A stretch of 63,835 nucleotides of DNA, the filler included, from Octopus bimaculoides (taxonomy: Eukaryota): assembly GCF_001194135.2 (NCBI RefSeq). It is 6 parts of 5 records of this genome, joined end to end, with 100 filler letters (N's around TTAATTAATTAA, not from the genome) between each part and the next. Parts side by side here need not be neighbours in the genome. Positions count along the whole stretch, not along the records: positions 1 to 29,575 come from NC_068987.1; 5 more parts are not named here. One strand, given 5' to 3'. Position 1 is the first letter of the stretch; each line of letters opens with the position of its first letter. Below are positions 1-12,295 of the stretch, piece by piece. The notes under the pieces were generated by a model. The model was not told the DNA's origin. It ran no database searches and saw only the letters and a list, made by a program, of their open reading frames with translations. The position numbers were made by a program, and so were the translations under genes.

Positions 1-650
1 GGCCCAAACATAGACAGCTCTATTATGTTGTGATCCGAAACTAATGTCGGTGTCACTTTCACATCATGAATGATGTCCGTATTGTTCGTGAAGCAGAGAT
101 CTAGAATGTTACTCGCTCTAGTTGGTCTGAGAACAGTTTGCTCCATGAATAGGGCATTGGTGAGGTTGAGCAGGCATTCCACCTGTGCTTGCTTGCGATA
201 AGTCATTCCTGAGAGTATGAGACCTTCGGGCCATTTGACGTTGGGGAAGTTGAAATCACCCATAAGAAATATGGTCACATGGTGTTCCAGTTTCATGAGG
301 ATTTCTTTAATTCTAGCGAGGCAATCTTCAAATTTGCCTATGTGGTTTGGAGCATCCGGTGGGCAATATGCATTGCATATGACTATATTATGTTATCTTA
401 TGTATACAACTATGGTGTCGCATACCGAATTTGAGTATGACAGTAAGACCTGGGGTGTGAGGTCGTCACGGATGTATACAGCAACTCCACCATGGCTCCT
501 TTCCCTTCTGTCTGTTCGCAGTATGACATATTTTGGTACGTGTACTTCTGCATCCTCTATATCAGGGCTGAGGTGAGTTTCCACGAGTGCTATGCTTAAA
601 ACACACATATTTATGGCTTTTGGCACATAAGATACTTTCCGACTTTATTC
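1..650 (-). mobile_element. CR1/L2-type LINE ORF2 AP-endonuclease domain, frameshifted remnant
   Basis: Minus-strand translation gives IALVETHL, DRRERSHGGVAVYI, FLMGDFNFP and VSDHNII, the APE catalytic motifs. The fragment runs off the window edge. Confidence 0.9.
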
Positions 651-1034
651 TATATGCCATTTTCTTGACGTTTTTTTTTCTTTCCGAAATTAAAAAATTT
701 AAAACGTTATTGTTTTTATCGTCCCATACAAAGTGCGCCAATATTTTCTTCTTTATCTGATCTCGTGTACATTACAAACTCAAAAAGATTGAATTTAATA
801 CAAAAATCAAATCATGAAACTAATAGAGAAATAGAAAAGAAAATCTTATTAATTAACTACCGGCAAAGATGAAATAAATCTGCCCATTTACCGTTGTCAT
901 TTAATTCTTGAGGGTTTTTTAAAAATTTCTTCATAGTGTCAGAATCTTTTCAAATTATCTATACTGATGCAGTTTTGCATACCGGTGGCAAAAATCACAT
1001 TCATTTTCTTTAGAAATTCATCCTTTTTGTTATA

Positions 1035-1125
1035 GGCACAAGGTCTGAAATTTTGGGGAAGTGGGCTAATCGAGATTACATCGACCCAGCGTTTTCAACT
1101 GGTACTTATTTCATCGACACCCCTA
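1035..1125 (-). mobile_element. SINE family A, partial
   Basis: Matches the 3' half of the family A copies at 12076 and 24882. Confidence 0.7.
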
Positions 1126-1389
1126 TCATCACCCATATTGCGTCCACCATCTTCAAGCCCCTTACTAACTACTACATCCAACCCTTTATTCTTCATTTTT
1201 AATTCCTTCCTTTCTAATGTTTTCATGCATCTGTCAACTTCCAATGGTTCAAGAACATTGACAACATCAATCTCTTTGATCTAGGAGAGCTGCAAAGGTT
1301 GAAGTCACAGACCTTTCTAGGAGACTAATCCAATTAAAAACAAACTTACGTGGGAGACATAATCAAAAGTAGAAGTACGTCAGATTTGA

Positions 1390-2050
1390 TATAATTCCAA
1401 TTGGAAAAACAGCTCTATCAGTACATTCAGCAATGATGTAGTCTGATTTAAATAACCTATTGACAATTTAACTAAGTGGTCCTTATGCCAGACACAGTTG
1501 AAGGCTTTACTGACGTCAAAAACATCAATGCTTTCACCAAAGTTCTCAAGAGTTCTCAGTGAGTTGTGAGGTAGGAGGGCATATCTCCGGTAGAACTGAT
1601 TCTAAAGAAACTCTGCTAATGGTCACTAAGTAAAAGATAGACAAAAGGTAGTGAAAGAGCATTTTGTTTATTACTGTTTCTATTGTCTTTGAGACATGGG
1701 AAGTTGCTAGCATTGGAGAGGTTGCTCTTTGTGGAAATAAATCAGAGTTACATATTTCCATAGATTAGAATAGATTCTTTTAGTGAGAAAAATATTAAAG
1801 TGTTCAGCAGTACAGGATATAAATCCTTGAAGTTACTGCTTGAAATTAATGGAAAAAACACCTGTAAATTAGATCGCTTTACCAAGTTGGCAGGAATAGA
1901 ATCTTCACACATTTGCTGACTGATGCATAAGATGGTGAGGTGGCAAAATTTTGCTAATTCCATGCAATCTAAAACTGGAAGCAAAGTAGGCTGTAAAGAG
2001 GTATTTAGAGAGATATCTTAGCTGATGTGTTTTGGAAATGATGCTGTCAA
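1390..2050 (-). mobile_element. Highly degenerate CR1/Jockey-type LINE reverse transcriptase fragment
   Basis: Minus-strand pieces ATSHVSKTIETVINK, STGDMPSYLT and ENFGES..FDVSKAFNCVWHK match RT motifs. Many stops and frameshifts. Confidence 0.75.
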
Positions 2051-2231
2051 AGAAAGAATTAAGCTGAGATAGACGTTTTCAAGACAAAATAATTCCATGT
2101 GTCTCGTCTGTATGGATAGGAATCAAGAAGTAGAATAGACTTAAATTTACCTCTTATTATATCTCTCTTAATCAAATTAGTCATTGACCTACTCAAAAGA
2201 GCCAGTAGCTTCTAGTATATGGTAGTAGTAA

Positions 2232-2604
2232 TACAGTTCTATATTTAAGAGATGAGGAATTATGTACATTATTTACATTTGATGGATATTTGTCCTCATC
2301 TCGTTTGTTGTTAACACAACATTTCGGCTGATATACCCTCCAGCCTTTCTTGGGGAGATTTCGAACCTGGGTTCTCATTCCTGAGGTATTTTTCGATGTT
2401 GTTGCTGTTGTTGTTCAAATCACTGCCTGGAATCGAACTCGTAATCTTGGGGTTAGTAGCCCACACTTTAACCACTACGCCATATGCCTGTAGCCAATTA
2501 TGGAGTGAATTTTGGGGCTTATAAATCTGGAGGGTATATCAGCCGAAACGTTGTGTTAACAACAAACAAGATGAGGACAAATATCCGTCAATTGTAAATA
2601 ATGT
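2232..2604 (-). mobile_element. tRNA-headed non-autonomous element with a Penelope-like tail and ~80-bp inverted terminal arm
   Basis: 2265-2343 and 2527-2604 are inverted copies. A tRNA-like head with A/B boxes lies on the minus strand at 2420-2488. The arms contain GGCTG..CAGCC-GAAA. Confidence 0.7.
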
Positions 2605-2939
2605 ATGGTATTAGTAGTTCATAATTTGTTGCTAGTGACATTTAGAATCTTTTTTGATTGATCCTCAAGGTCACAGTAGCTAAGTCATGTACTCTGCCAT
2701 CTGCAATCCCTTAGAGAAGGCCCCTGAAGAATCACTTGATTACTAAAAATAACTACCAAATCTCCCTCAAATTATTCCCTAGCATCATACAGAAAGTTAC
2801 ACTGGTCAATGTAGTCCTTGATATATTACCTATGAAATGCCTCACAGCATAAATCTGCTTGATCAGATTTGACCTGGGGTTTCAAGCTTTGGAACCAGAC
2901 TAGCAATTATCAACCCCAATATTCAAATTGTACTTTTTT

Positions 2940-3045
2940 TAATCAACCCTGTAAAGATGAAAGGCAAAGTCAACCTTGATAGAATTTGAACTCAGAATGT
3001 AATGAGTCAGAAAAGAGATTGCATAGCATTTTTTCTGTCACTTTG
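2940..3045 (-). mobile_element. SINE family A, partial and decayed
   Basis: Contains GATGAAAGGCAAAGTCAACC...GAATTTGAACTCAGAA, shared with other copies. Confidence 0.7.
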
Positions 3046-3478
3046 TTGTTTGATTTTCGATTATAGATTCACCATTCTTGCACACAGATAATTTGGGGTG
3101 TATAAATGATTCAGTTTTACTTCCTCAGTGGGAAATTAAGATGCATTAGCTGGAATTCCAGTTTTTATCCAAGTTTACCTCTACATAACACTTTATGAGG
3201 AATATGTCAAGGTGCACTCTTCTAATCCACTGGATTGTCTATTAGCTCAATGGTTTCCAAAGTCACAAATTAACTGCTTCCTTTCTCACCAAAGCAAAAA
3301 AATGAAAATTATTTTGTCCCACATTTTCATCAATGAGAAAACAAAATAAATTTAGCACCACATAATCCTTCTCCTTCACCACCATGCTAAACAAGTTTAT
3401 AAAAATTGAAAATACAATACAGGAAGGACAATACACAAAAGTAGAGCAATTTGTCTACCTGTCTTTCAATCTTTGCAG

Positions 3479-3543
3479 ACAACTCCCTGAGGAGTTGTGT
3501 GCCCAACACAGTATAAATCCAACTCTACTCACCATGGAATCAG
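3479..3543 (+). CDS. Candidate internal exon (QLPEELCAQHSINPTLLTMES)
   Basis: Polypyrimidine tract, CAG acceptor and CAG|GTGATC donor, with one open frame. No homolog recognised. Confidence 0.2.
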
Positions 3544-4029
3544 GTGATCCCAGTGACAGTCACTCTACACCCACTACACAGTCCAAAAATCTATCTGACA
3601 GTTTCTTTACTATAAAGTCCACAAATCACCCAGTACTCCCCTCAATCTATACCCAATCTACAAATCCACCTGTCATTGCTTTAGTCCACCTTACATTCCT
3701 CTAATCTACCAAAGTCTATTAGTGCACCCTGTACAAGTCTAATTCATTAAACAGTCCTCAAATCAAGTTGGCAGTCCTCCAATCCACTTTACAACACCTA
3801 ACCTTCCCAGCACTCTTCTCTTCATGTTTGTTCTAAATTAGATATAAACTTAATCCAATGATATCTCCGTTGCCAAGAATACTGTTTGTTGATCAACAAA
3901 ATCATTAAACCTGATTTATCGGAATTGCTTGATGTTGTCTCTTAGGACATACACTTACAAGCAGACATGCACAGCAATTAGATACGTAAATATGTGTGTG
4001 TCTGTGTCTGTGTGTGTCTGTCTGTGTAT

Positions 4030-4185
4030 ATGACTGTGTAGTTAAGAACCTTGCTTCCCAACCACATTATTTTGAGTTTAATCCCACCATACGGCACCTT
4101 GTGCAAGTGTCTTCAACTATAGTTCTGGACCTACCAAAACCTCAGAAGTGAATTTGACAGATGTGCATCTGAAAGAAGCCTGTTG

Positions 4186-4190
<5 letters not shown>
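4030..4190 (+). mobile_element. SINE family B, 5' part
   Basis: tRNA-like head followed by CACCTTG(T/G)GCAAGTGTCTTC, as in other family B copies. Confidence 0.7.
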
Positions 4191-4236
<46 letters not shown>

Positions 4237-4992
4237 GCAGATGGGTGGGGGCTGTTTGTTCTTCTGTTTCCCTGTTTTGATATCATATGATAGTTCTAAA
4301 TGAGAATTACTATCATACAAGTGCTGTTCTACATTTCAAATCTTCTTCGTAAACAGGTTTACCCAAGGGCAAATATTACTTTGCTTAAAGGTTAGCAGCA
4401 GGAGGAGCACCCAGCTGTAAAAAAATTGCCCCAAAGAATTCCATCTCACACATGCAAGTATGGAAATATGATCGTTAAAATGATGTTGATGCATACACAC
4501 ACACACACACACACACACACAATATTATGTAATGATATTTAATTGTAAGATCCATGGATCTAAGTGTAGGAAGTTAGTAAACTTCAAGCAGCCTGTTGGT
4601 AGGAATAAAAAAAAACAATTTTCAGGAACAATAGTAGTTCATTGACGTAAAAGGTTGTAAGTTTTTCCCATTTTGAAGTTTGATAAGCCGAAAAACGTTT
4701 TTTTATAGCATACAGTTAGCAACTAGGCTTGCTATGAATGCAAATAAAAATCCAAATTGAGCAAGTAAAATCCAGCCTATGTTTCCTAGCTAGCAGTTCC
4801 TTGGAAGTAATAATTACTCACCAAGAGGTACTCCACTACCTACTCATCAGGCTGAAGATACCTTAGTTAAATGAAGTTTACATTTTAAACTATATCTCTG
4901 GCAAGTTAACATGGGATTCCTTAATGATAATGTTAGCAAGAAAACATATGTAGCTTGGATTTTACTTGGTCCATTCCCTCAATTTGGATATA

Positions 4993-5120
4993 CAGTAGTA
5001 CCTCGGTTTTCGAACAACTCAGATAATGAATAAATCATCCTTTACCTCCTGTCTTTCTCATATTTATTTAATACAGTAGTACTTCAGTTTACGAACGCCT
5101 TTGATCATGAATAAATCATG

Positions 5121-5178
<58 letters not shown>

Positions 5179-5237
5179 ATATATATAAAGCATGATTTAT
5201 TTGTGATCAGAGTTGTTTGAAAACCAAGGTACCACTG
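4993..5237. mobile_element. Tigger/pogo-type MITE with a second left end at 5074
   Basis: TA|CAGTAGTACCTCGGTTTTCGAACAACTC ... GAGTTGTTTGAAAACCAAGGTACCACTG|TA form TIRs with a TA TSD. Confidence 0.8.
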
Positions 5238-5239
5238 TA

Positions 5240-5470
5240 TATCATCATCATCATCATCATCTGCATCATCATAATTATTTAACATCCACTTTGCTACGCT
5301 TGAATTTGTTGAGGTAGATTTTCTACAGGCAGATGTCCTTCCTGTTGCCAACCCTCACCTGTTTCCAAGTAAGGTAATATTCCCCATCACCAAACTTGTT
5401 TTCATGGAAGATTAGAAATGAATGACACTGCTTGCATGACAATGACACTCATTTACAACTATCACATGAA
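5240..5470 (-). mobile_element. Short retroelement 3' end with a (GAT)n tail
   Basis: (CAT)n followed by sequence resembling the reverse complement of the RTE-like tail at 14700-14830. Confidence 0.55.
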
Positions 5471-5582
5471 GTATACTTATTCTCATTTCTATCATAGTGA
5501 AATAATTATTTCATTTTATCATAGCAAAATTATCCACTTCCATTTTGTGATATTTAAAATGACCGAATATTGGTTTCAAATT

Positions 5583-5786
5583 TTGGCACAGGGCCAGCAA
5601 TTTCGAAGGAGGGGGTAAGTCGACTACATCGACCTCAGTGTTTAACTGGTACTTATTTTATGAACCCAAAAAGGATGAAAGGTGAAGTCAACCTTGGCAG
5701 AATTTGAACTCAGAATGTAAAGATGGATGAAATGTCATTAAGAATTTTGCCAGGTGTGCTAACGATTCTGTCAGCTCGCCACCTTT
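5583..5786 (-). mobile_element. SINE family A, CpG-decayed
   Basis: Full-length similarity to 24882-25088. Confidence 0.85.
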
Positions 5787-6319
5787 GAAAATGATTTAAT
5801 ATTAATATCAAAATGTAAAGCTAATTCTTAGCCCCCTCCCTCCCTCACTCCTATGCAGTTTGCCTTCCCCATTTCCCCCCACAACTCACCTTCATAACCT
5901 CACCTCTTTCCACCTATGTTCACTCACTGCATTCCCTTTCCCCTCCGTCTCCCACTTTTACTTTTACACTCTCGCAAACTTACCTGCCCAATCACCCTAT
6001 CCAATCCTCTCTACCACTTCATTTGAACACAACTCCNNNNNNNNNNTTAATATTAATATCAAAATGTAAAGCTAATTCTTAGCCCCCTCCCTCCCTCACT
6101 CCTATGCAGTTTGCCTTCCCCATTTCCCCCCACAACTCACCTTCATAACCTCACCTCTTTCCACCTATGTTCACTCACTGCATTCCCTTTCCCCTCCGTC
6201 TCCCACTTTTACTTTTACACTCTCGCAAACTTACCTGCCCAATCACCCTATCCAATCCTCTCTACCACTTCATTTGAACACAACTCCTCGAAACTTGAAG
6301 TACACCCCCAATACATCTT

Positions 6320-6402
<83 letters not shown>

Positions 6403-6429
6403 CAACTAGGGCAGCCATGTATCACCTTT

Positions 6430-6760
6430 ACTGCCAGATAACTGTTTCTGTTGTTCTATCATACTCTAACCTTTCATTACCTGAAACACAGCCACCTTCT
6501 ACAAAATTACTCCCCACTAAGTTGATGGGACTTGTCTTGCAAGTAACTTAGTCACCTTGCTGGTAATGCTACAATGTAAAAAGTACCCAGTACACTCTGT
6601 GAAATGGTTGGCATTAGGAAGGACATCCAACCATAGAAACCAGGCCAAAGAAAACAGTAGAGCTTGTTGCAGTCTTGTGGTTTGCCAGCTATTATCAAAC
6701 CATCCAACACATGCCAGCATGGAAAGTGGATTTTAAATGATAACAATGGCGATGATGATG
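6430..6760 (+). mobile_element. SINE-like element with an RTE-type tail ending in (GAT)n
   Basis: The 3' 200 bp resembles the RTE 3' end at 14640-14830. A related partial copy lies at 8620-8825. Confidence 0.7.
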
Positions 6761-7510
6761 GAAGTTAACTCTCATGAATGTTAAACTTATGTAACTTAAT
6801 TCCATAGTGACATTTTTGTATGTAACAAATGAACTGCTGTTTTTTAGTTTTTGTCTATATACACTACTTGAAAGTGTCATTTTTTTATGCATATATACTG
6901 CTGTTCTATAACACTATCTATAATAATCCTACCACTTATACCAGGGAGGTCTATACACTACAGGAAGAAAATGTAGAAATAAACTCTGGGATATACATAA
7001 ACATAATTGCTATAATATGTTTTTTTCTTTTTAGTGTAACCACAAAGCATTTATTTACTGCACTCACAAAAATATGATGCATGATAGAGCTAGTGTCTAT
7101 TTGCTCAACAAAATATTGAACTATCTATCTATCTCTTTCTGTTGCAAGGGAGGTCTGATACTCCTATGAGAAACACAAGCCTAAGGTATTAAGCTCACAG
7201 GGCCCCTAGGTGGAGGCGTTTGTGAGTATTGAAAGCAGAGCAAATTGTTGTGTTTAAAAAAATTAGATGTTTTACAATTTTAAACATGTCCAACACCATG
7301 GCAAAGAAAGAAGAATGATATGGATTTTCTTTTCTCATTAATAAAGTGAAGAAGGCCTAGTATTTGTCAGTCTAAGAACCACTCTCCAGGAGAGTGGTTC
7401 TTAGACTGCTTCCAAAGAATGGTGACACAATTGATTATTATGAAGTCACCAACACATTCCAACTCTGCCACACTCTCTGTCCTTTCTAGCATAACTACTG
7501 GGAACACTGT

Positions 7511-7892
7511 AGAGGCGCAATGGCCCAGTGGTTAGGGCAGCAGACTCGTGGTCGTAGGATCACGGTTTCAATTCCCAGACCAGGCGTTGTGAGTGTTTAT
7601 TGAACAAAAACACGTAAAGCTCCATGAGGCTCCGGCAGGGGATGATGGCGAACCCTGCTGTACTCTTTCACCACAACTTTCTTTCACTCTTTCTTCCAGT
7701 TTCTGTTGTACCTGTATTTCAAAGGGTCAGCCTTGTCACACTCTGTGTCATGCTGAATCTCCCCTGAGGACTACGTTAAGGGTACACGTGTCTGTGGAGT
7801 GCTCAGCCACTTACACGTTAATTTCACGAGCAGGCTGTTCCGTTGATCGGATCAACTGGAACCCTCAACATTGTAACCGATGGAGTACCAAC
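7511..7892 (+). mobile_element. SINE family C (tRNA-derived), full length
   Basis: A box TGGCCCAGTGGTTAGGG and B box GGTTTCAATTCC. The 3' body is shared with 49172-49480. Confidence 0.85.
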
Positions 7893-7910
7893 CACTGGGA
7901 ACACTATATA

Positions 7911-8127
7911 CAAGGAGGTACTGAAAAGATTCTGGCTTTAAAGGTATTGCAAAAGGCCTGGTTGGAGGCTCAGCCTCCTTAGTTCTTTTACAGGGCTTAA
8001 AAAAACTGAAGGATTGCTGCAATAAGTGTGTGAATCTGAGAGGGGAATATGTTGAATAAAATCATAATTAACTGATCCTCCTGTATTTTCTTTTATCAAA
8101 AGCTAGGAACTTTTCAGCGCCCTTCAT
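7911..8127 (+). mobile_element. Mariner-derived MITE
   Basis: TIRs resemble CGAGGGGGTGCTGAAAAGTTCCTGGCTTT. The interior encodes GLKKLKDCCNKCVNLRGEYVE*, a mariner C-terminus. Confidence 0.85.
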
Positions 8128-8504
8128 GAGTGAGTTAGAAGTATCTGAGTAAAGGTAGCATGAGAACTGCCATCTCAGAGGTGCAGAGACTTTTATACTA
8201 GTGAGCTGCATTGACTCCAGGTGGACTTGGCCATTGAGAAGTAAAGTGGTGTGGTCATCATGACAAGAGATAAACCATTGACTGTTCAATCCATAGATAG
8301 TTCAGAATTTAAATGGAATGGCCAGATGTGACTATTATTGAGAGACATACAATAATTATATTGAAATGGTCAAGTAATTACATAGAAGTTCTTCTGCATC
8401 CTCATTTGGTCTCTATTTCGAAGACAATAGGGTTTTTGTTTTAGAAAATTCAGCAGATGATACATTGCACAAATCAACAACTATATAGAAATTCTCTAAC
8501 CAAT

Positions 8505-8509
8505 ATAGG

Positions 8510-8587
<78 letters not shown>
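8505..8587. repeat. (CT)n microsatellite
   Basis: Seen directly. Confidence 0.95.
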
Positions 8588-8589
<2 letters not shown>

Positions 8590-9037
8590 ATGGGGATAGC
8601 TAAAGGCTCCCTTCTACAGCTAGAAACCTATTTTTGTCCCTCTATTCATGCTCTAACTTCTCCCACCTGACACAAAGCCACCTCCCTCAATACTATCCCT
8701 GCTCAGCTGAGGTGTTGTTGTCTTGCAATTGGTAACCTCATTGGTGCTAGCGCCATATAAAATGCACCCAGTACAGTGTAAATTGGTTGAAATTAGGAAA
8801 GGTACCCAACCATAGAAACCATTCAGAGAAGGAGGAGGGGAGAGGAGGAGGAGGTTGATAGTGATGGTGATAATGACAATGGTGGTGATGGTGATGATTA
8901 CAGTGATAACAATGATGACGGCAGCGGTGGTGGTGGTGGTGGTAGCATTGGCATGTGTTTGTGTGTATAATGTGGGTGAGTGGGTGTATTAGGTAGGTAG
9001 AAGGATAGTGTTGGGGTTCATAAATTCATTTCTCCAG

Positions 9038-9108
9038 AAAAGCAGGAATGCTTTCACCACTGGTCATATTTTCACCCAAGATAACTTAGAATTCTTTATA
9101 AATGGCAG
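9038..9108 (+). CDS. Candidate internal exon (KSRNAFTTGHIFTQDNLEFFING)
   Basis: TTCATTTCTCCAG acceptor and CAG|GTGCGG donor. Only one frame is open. No homolog recognised. Confidence 0.3.
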
Positions 9109-9289
9109 GTGCGGTGTATGTGTGTGTGTTTTATGTTGCTTCCTGTCAAATATTTGATATCCGTGATTCTCTTTTCCTTTTTGCTGTTTAGTTTTGTTTT
9201 GTTCTATTTACTTGTGTCTTTAACTATCAGAAGGAATTAATTTATTTTAGATTTAATGTTTAATGTGAAACTAATGAAGGTTTGACATA

Positions 9290-9456
9290 TTACTGGTGTA
9301 TGGGTGTTGGTGCATGTCTAAGATATACACACACGCACACACACACAAGCATACACACACACACAAGCACACACACACACACACACAAAGACATACACAC
9401 ACAGATAGATAGATAGATAGATAGATAGAGCCAGAGCTATATATATACATACATAT

Positions 9457-9505
<49 letters not shown>

Positions 9506-9665
9506 AAGCTTCTTTTAGTTTCTATCTGCCAGATCCACTCACAAGGCTTTGATTGGTCCAAGACTATAGTAGCAGACATTTGCCCAAGGTGTCACAGTAG
9601 TACTAAACCTGGAACCATGTGGTTGGGAAGCAAACTTCTTACTACACAGCCATGCCGGCACCTAA
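9290..9665 (-). mobile_element. SINE family B with internal microsatellites
   Basis: Matches 60841-61152. Confidence 0.8.
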
Positions 9666-9724
9666 GAATACATACATATATGCATGAATGTATGTATGTA
9701 TATATAATATATATCATATAGAAG

Positions 9725-9880
9725 ATATAGGCACAGGCATGGTTATGTAGTTAAGAAGTTTTCTTTCAAACTACATGATTTCCGGTTCAGTTCCATTATG
9801 AGGTACATTGAGCAAATGTCTTCTATTGTAGCTCTGAGCTGATCAAAACTTTGTGAGTGGATTTGGTAGGCAGAAACTAT
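9725..9880 (+). mobile_element. SINE family B, 5' part
   Basis: tRNA-like head plus GCAAATGTCTTCTATTGTAGC core. Confidence 0.7.
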
Positions 9881-10339
9881 ATATCATATGTTTACTTGTT
9901 GGTAGGATCAGCAAAATAGTACTTAGTCCAGTGAGAGATATATGTGAGCTACCATAAAAACCCAAGTAATTTGTGCACCAGTGTAATTTACGCAGGTGAT
10001 TTTCAGGAATCAAATTGTTAAAAAAAGCTTCTACTTATGCAAAATTTGCACTCAAAAGTTTGCAGAATTGCCAATATGGCCAGGGGAAGATTTTCAATTT
10101 AGTTGTATTGAACATAATTTCACTTACTTATGATTAAATTTTATCAAATTTTCATGAAATAAAAATAATTTCTGTTTAACAGGTATCACATTCAAAGCTA
10201 TTAGATTACAAAGCATCTGTGTTGTTTATAATAAACTTTATTTTACATTTCTTGCTCACAAGAGATTATGTCTGATCTTTAGCATACAATCACAGGAAAA
10301 GTTGTGGATAAGAATTTTCAACAAAAGCAAAGCTGATAA

Positions 10340-10550
10340 ATATGCACAGGTGCTGCAAATTCAGTTTAATTACCAATAAACATCAGCTTGGATGACACTT
10401 TACTCAACTGATGAAGAGCTCTGCCCAAAACGTGAAATCCTCCTCCTTTTCTTTCCTTTCCTGAACATCCAATAACACTGTACTTATTCCACGTCCTTGC
10501 GTTGTTGGTTTTTCGTGTTTTTTCTTACTTGTTCATGTTTGGATTGAGTA
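10340..10550 (+). mobile_element. Penelope-like terminal remnant with a degenerate hammerhead core
   Basis: CTGATGAA-GAGCTCTGCCC-AAAAC at 10408-10431. Confidence 0.4.
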
Positions 10551-10615
10551 TGTATATATATATATATATACACACACATACAGACAGACAGTCAGAGATG
10601 TATATTTGCAAAAGT

Positions 10616-10663
<48 letters not shown>

Positions 10664-11257
10664 CATACACACACGCATAGTTGAATAGTGAAGGATACTA
10701 ATAACTACGCAGTTTCTACAAACAAATACATATGCACACATATGTGCATGTAGGTTTGTGTATGCATATCTATGAATGGTTCTTTTGTCAAATATCTACT
10801 GAACATGACTCTACCCATCTCTATGTATATTTAGTCCCTTGTGTATTTGTATTATCTGCTTCAGAAGCCACGCATGCAAGAAAATAAAGTGAAACCATCA
10901 TCAATAAGTGGAAGAAAATGAGGCTAATTTCAAGCATTACGTATCAATATATTACTTATTTATCATCTCCTATAAAACATTCGAGTTAGGTTATTTAAAC
11001 TGTGAAGAAGCCATTAAAATTGGCAGGAAACTGAGTAGAGATTAGCAATCTTTTATTGCTCGACTGAACTATTGATTGATCAATCGAATCTCACTTGTTG
11101 TTTTTGTGACCACCAATGTAAACATCATCCTTGAGTTGTGGTAGCGGTGATAGTTGTTGGCATTGTTGCTGAGTGTTAGCTGTTGTTGAGTGGGAGCTAG
11201 ACATTAAGTTTGAGTTTCAAAACATAAAAGCGTTAGGTGTAAAATTATTTTATTCTT

Positions 11258-11587
11258 TTACCTGTTTCAGTAATTTGACTGTGGCCATACTGGAGCACCA
11301 CTCTGAAAGGTTTTAGTCAAACAAATCGACCCCAGGACTCATTCTTTGTTAGTCTACTACTTATTTTATCAGTCTCTTTTCTCAAAGCACTAAATTACGG
11401 TGACATAAACACACCAATATCAGTTGTCAAGTGATGGCGGGAGGACAAACACAGACACATACACACACATAAATACATACACATACATATATATATACGA
11501 CAGGCTTCTTTCAGTTTCTGTCTACCAAGTCTACTTGCAAGGCTTTTGTCAGCCCAAGGCTATTTGGTTGGTAAGCAAGCTACTTAC
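11258..11587 (-). mobile_element. SINE family B
   Basis: Shared with other family B copies; CpG-decayed. Confidence 0.85.
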
Positions 11588-11854
11588 TACACAGCCACTC
11601 CTGCGCCTATGTTGTTACAATAAATACATAACAAAGCTGGGAAACACTCCAACAAACTCTCCACAAACTTTACACGAACCAACAAACAATATTCGAACAA
11701 ACTACCAAAATGACACCTTATGATTTCCTGCGATTAACACCTACCCTCTCCCTCTGTCTTTCACTCAAACTGCTATTATTTATAGTCATTCGGTCAAGTC
11801 TATTCTCACAGAGGGTCTCATGACTCTCACCACAACACAAATAAACGAGAAAAC

Positions 11855-12062
11855 ATTGAAGACACAAGTCCCGAAATATTTGGGGAGGGAGCCAGTCGAT
11901 TAGATCGATCCCAGTACACAACTGGTACTTAATTTATCAACCCCCAAAAGGATGAAAGGCAAAGTCAACCTCGGCAGAATTTGAACTCAGAACGTAAAGA
12001 CAGATGAAATACTGCTAAGCATTTTGCCCAGCATGCTAATGTTTCTGCCAGCTCACTATCTT
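11855..12062 (-). mobile_element. SINE family A
   Basis: Tandem neighbour of 12076-12295. Confidence 0.9.
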
Positions 12063-12075
12063 AAGATAGATTAAC

Positions 12076-12295
12076 ATTCTTTTCTGCTCTAGACACAAGT
12101 CCTGAAATTTTAGGAGAGGGGGGGGCCAGTTGATTAGATCGACTCCAGTACACAACAGGTACTTAATTTATCAACCCCAAGAGGATGAAAGGCAAAGTCG
12201 ACCTCAGCAGAATTTGAACTCAGAACGTAAAGCCAGACAAAATACTGCTAAGCATTTCGCCCAGTGTGCTAACGTTTCTGCCAGCTCACAGCCTT
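12076..12295 (-). mobile_element. SINE family A with TSD AAGATAGATTAA
   Basis: The same 12-mer flanks both ends. Confidence 0.9.

Noticed and set aside
5796-6287. Exact 241-bp tandem duplication (also 63281-63358 and 63659-63756)
   Set aside because: Identical copies separated by 10 N; unmerged contig overlaps.
8130-8500. Possible LINE endonuclease remnant (CHDDH)
   Set aside because: Too decayed to support with more than one motif.
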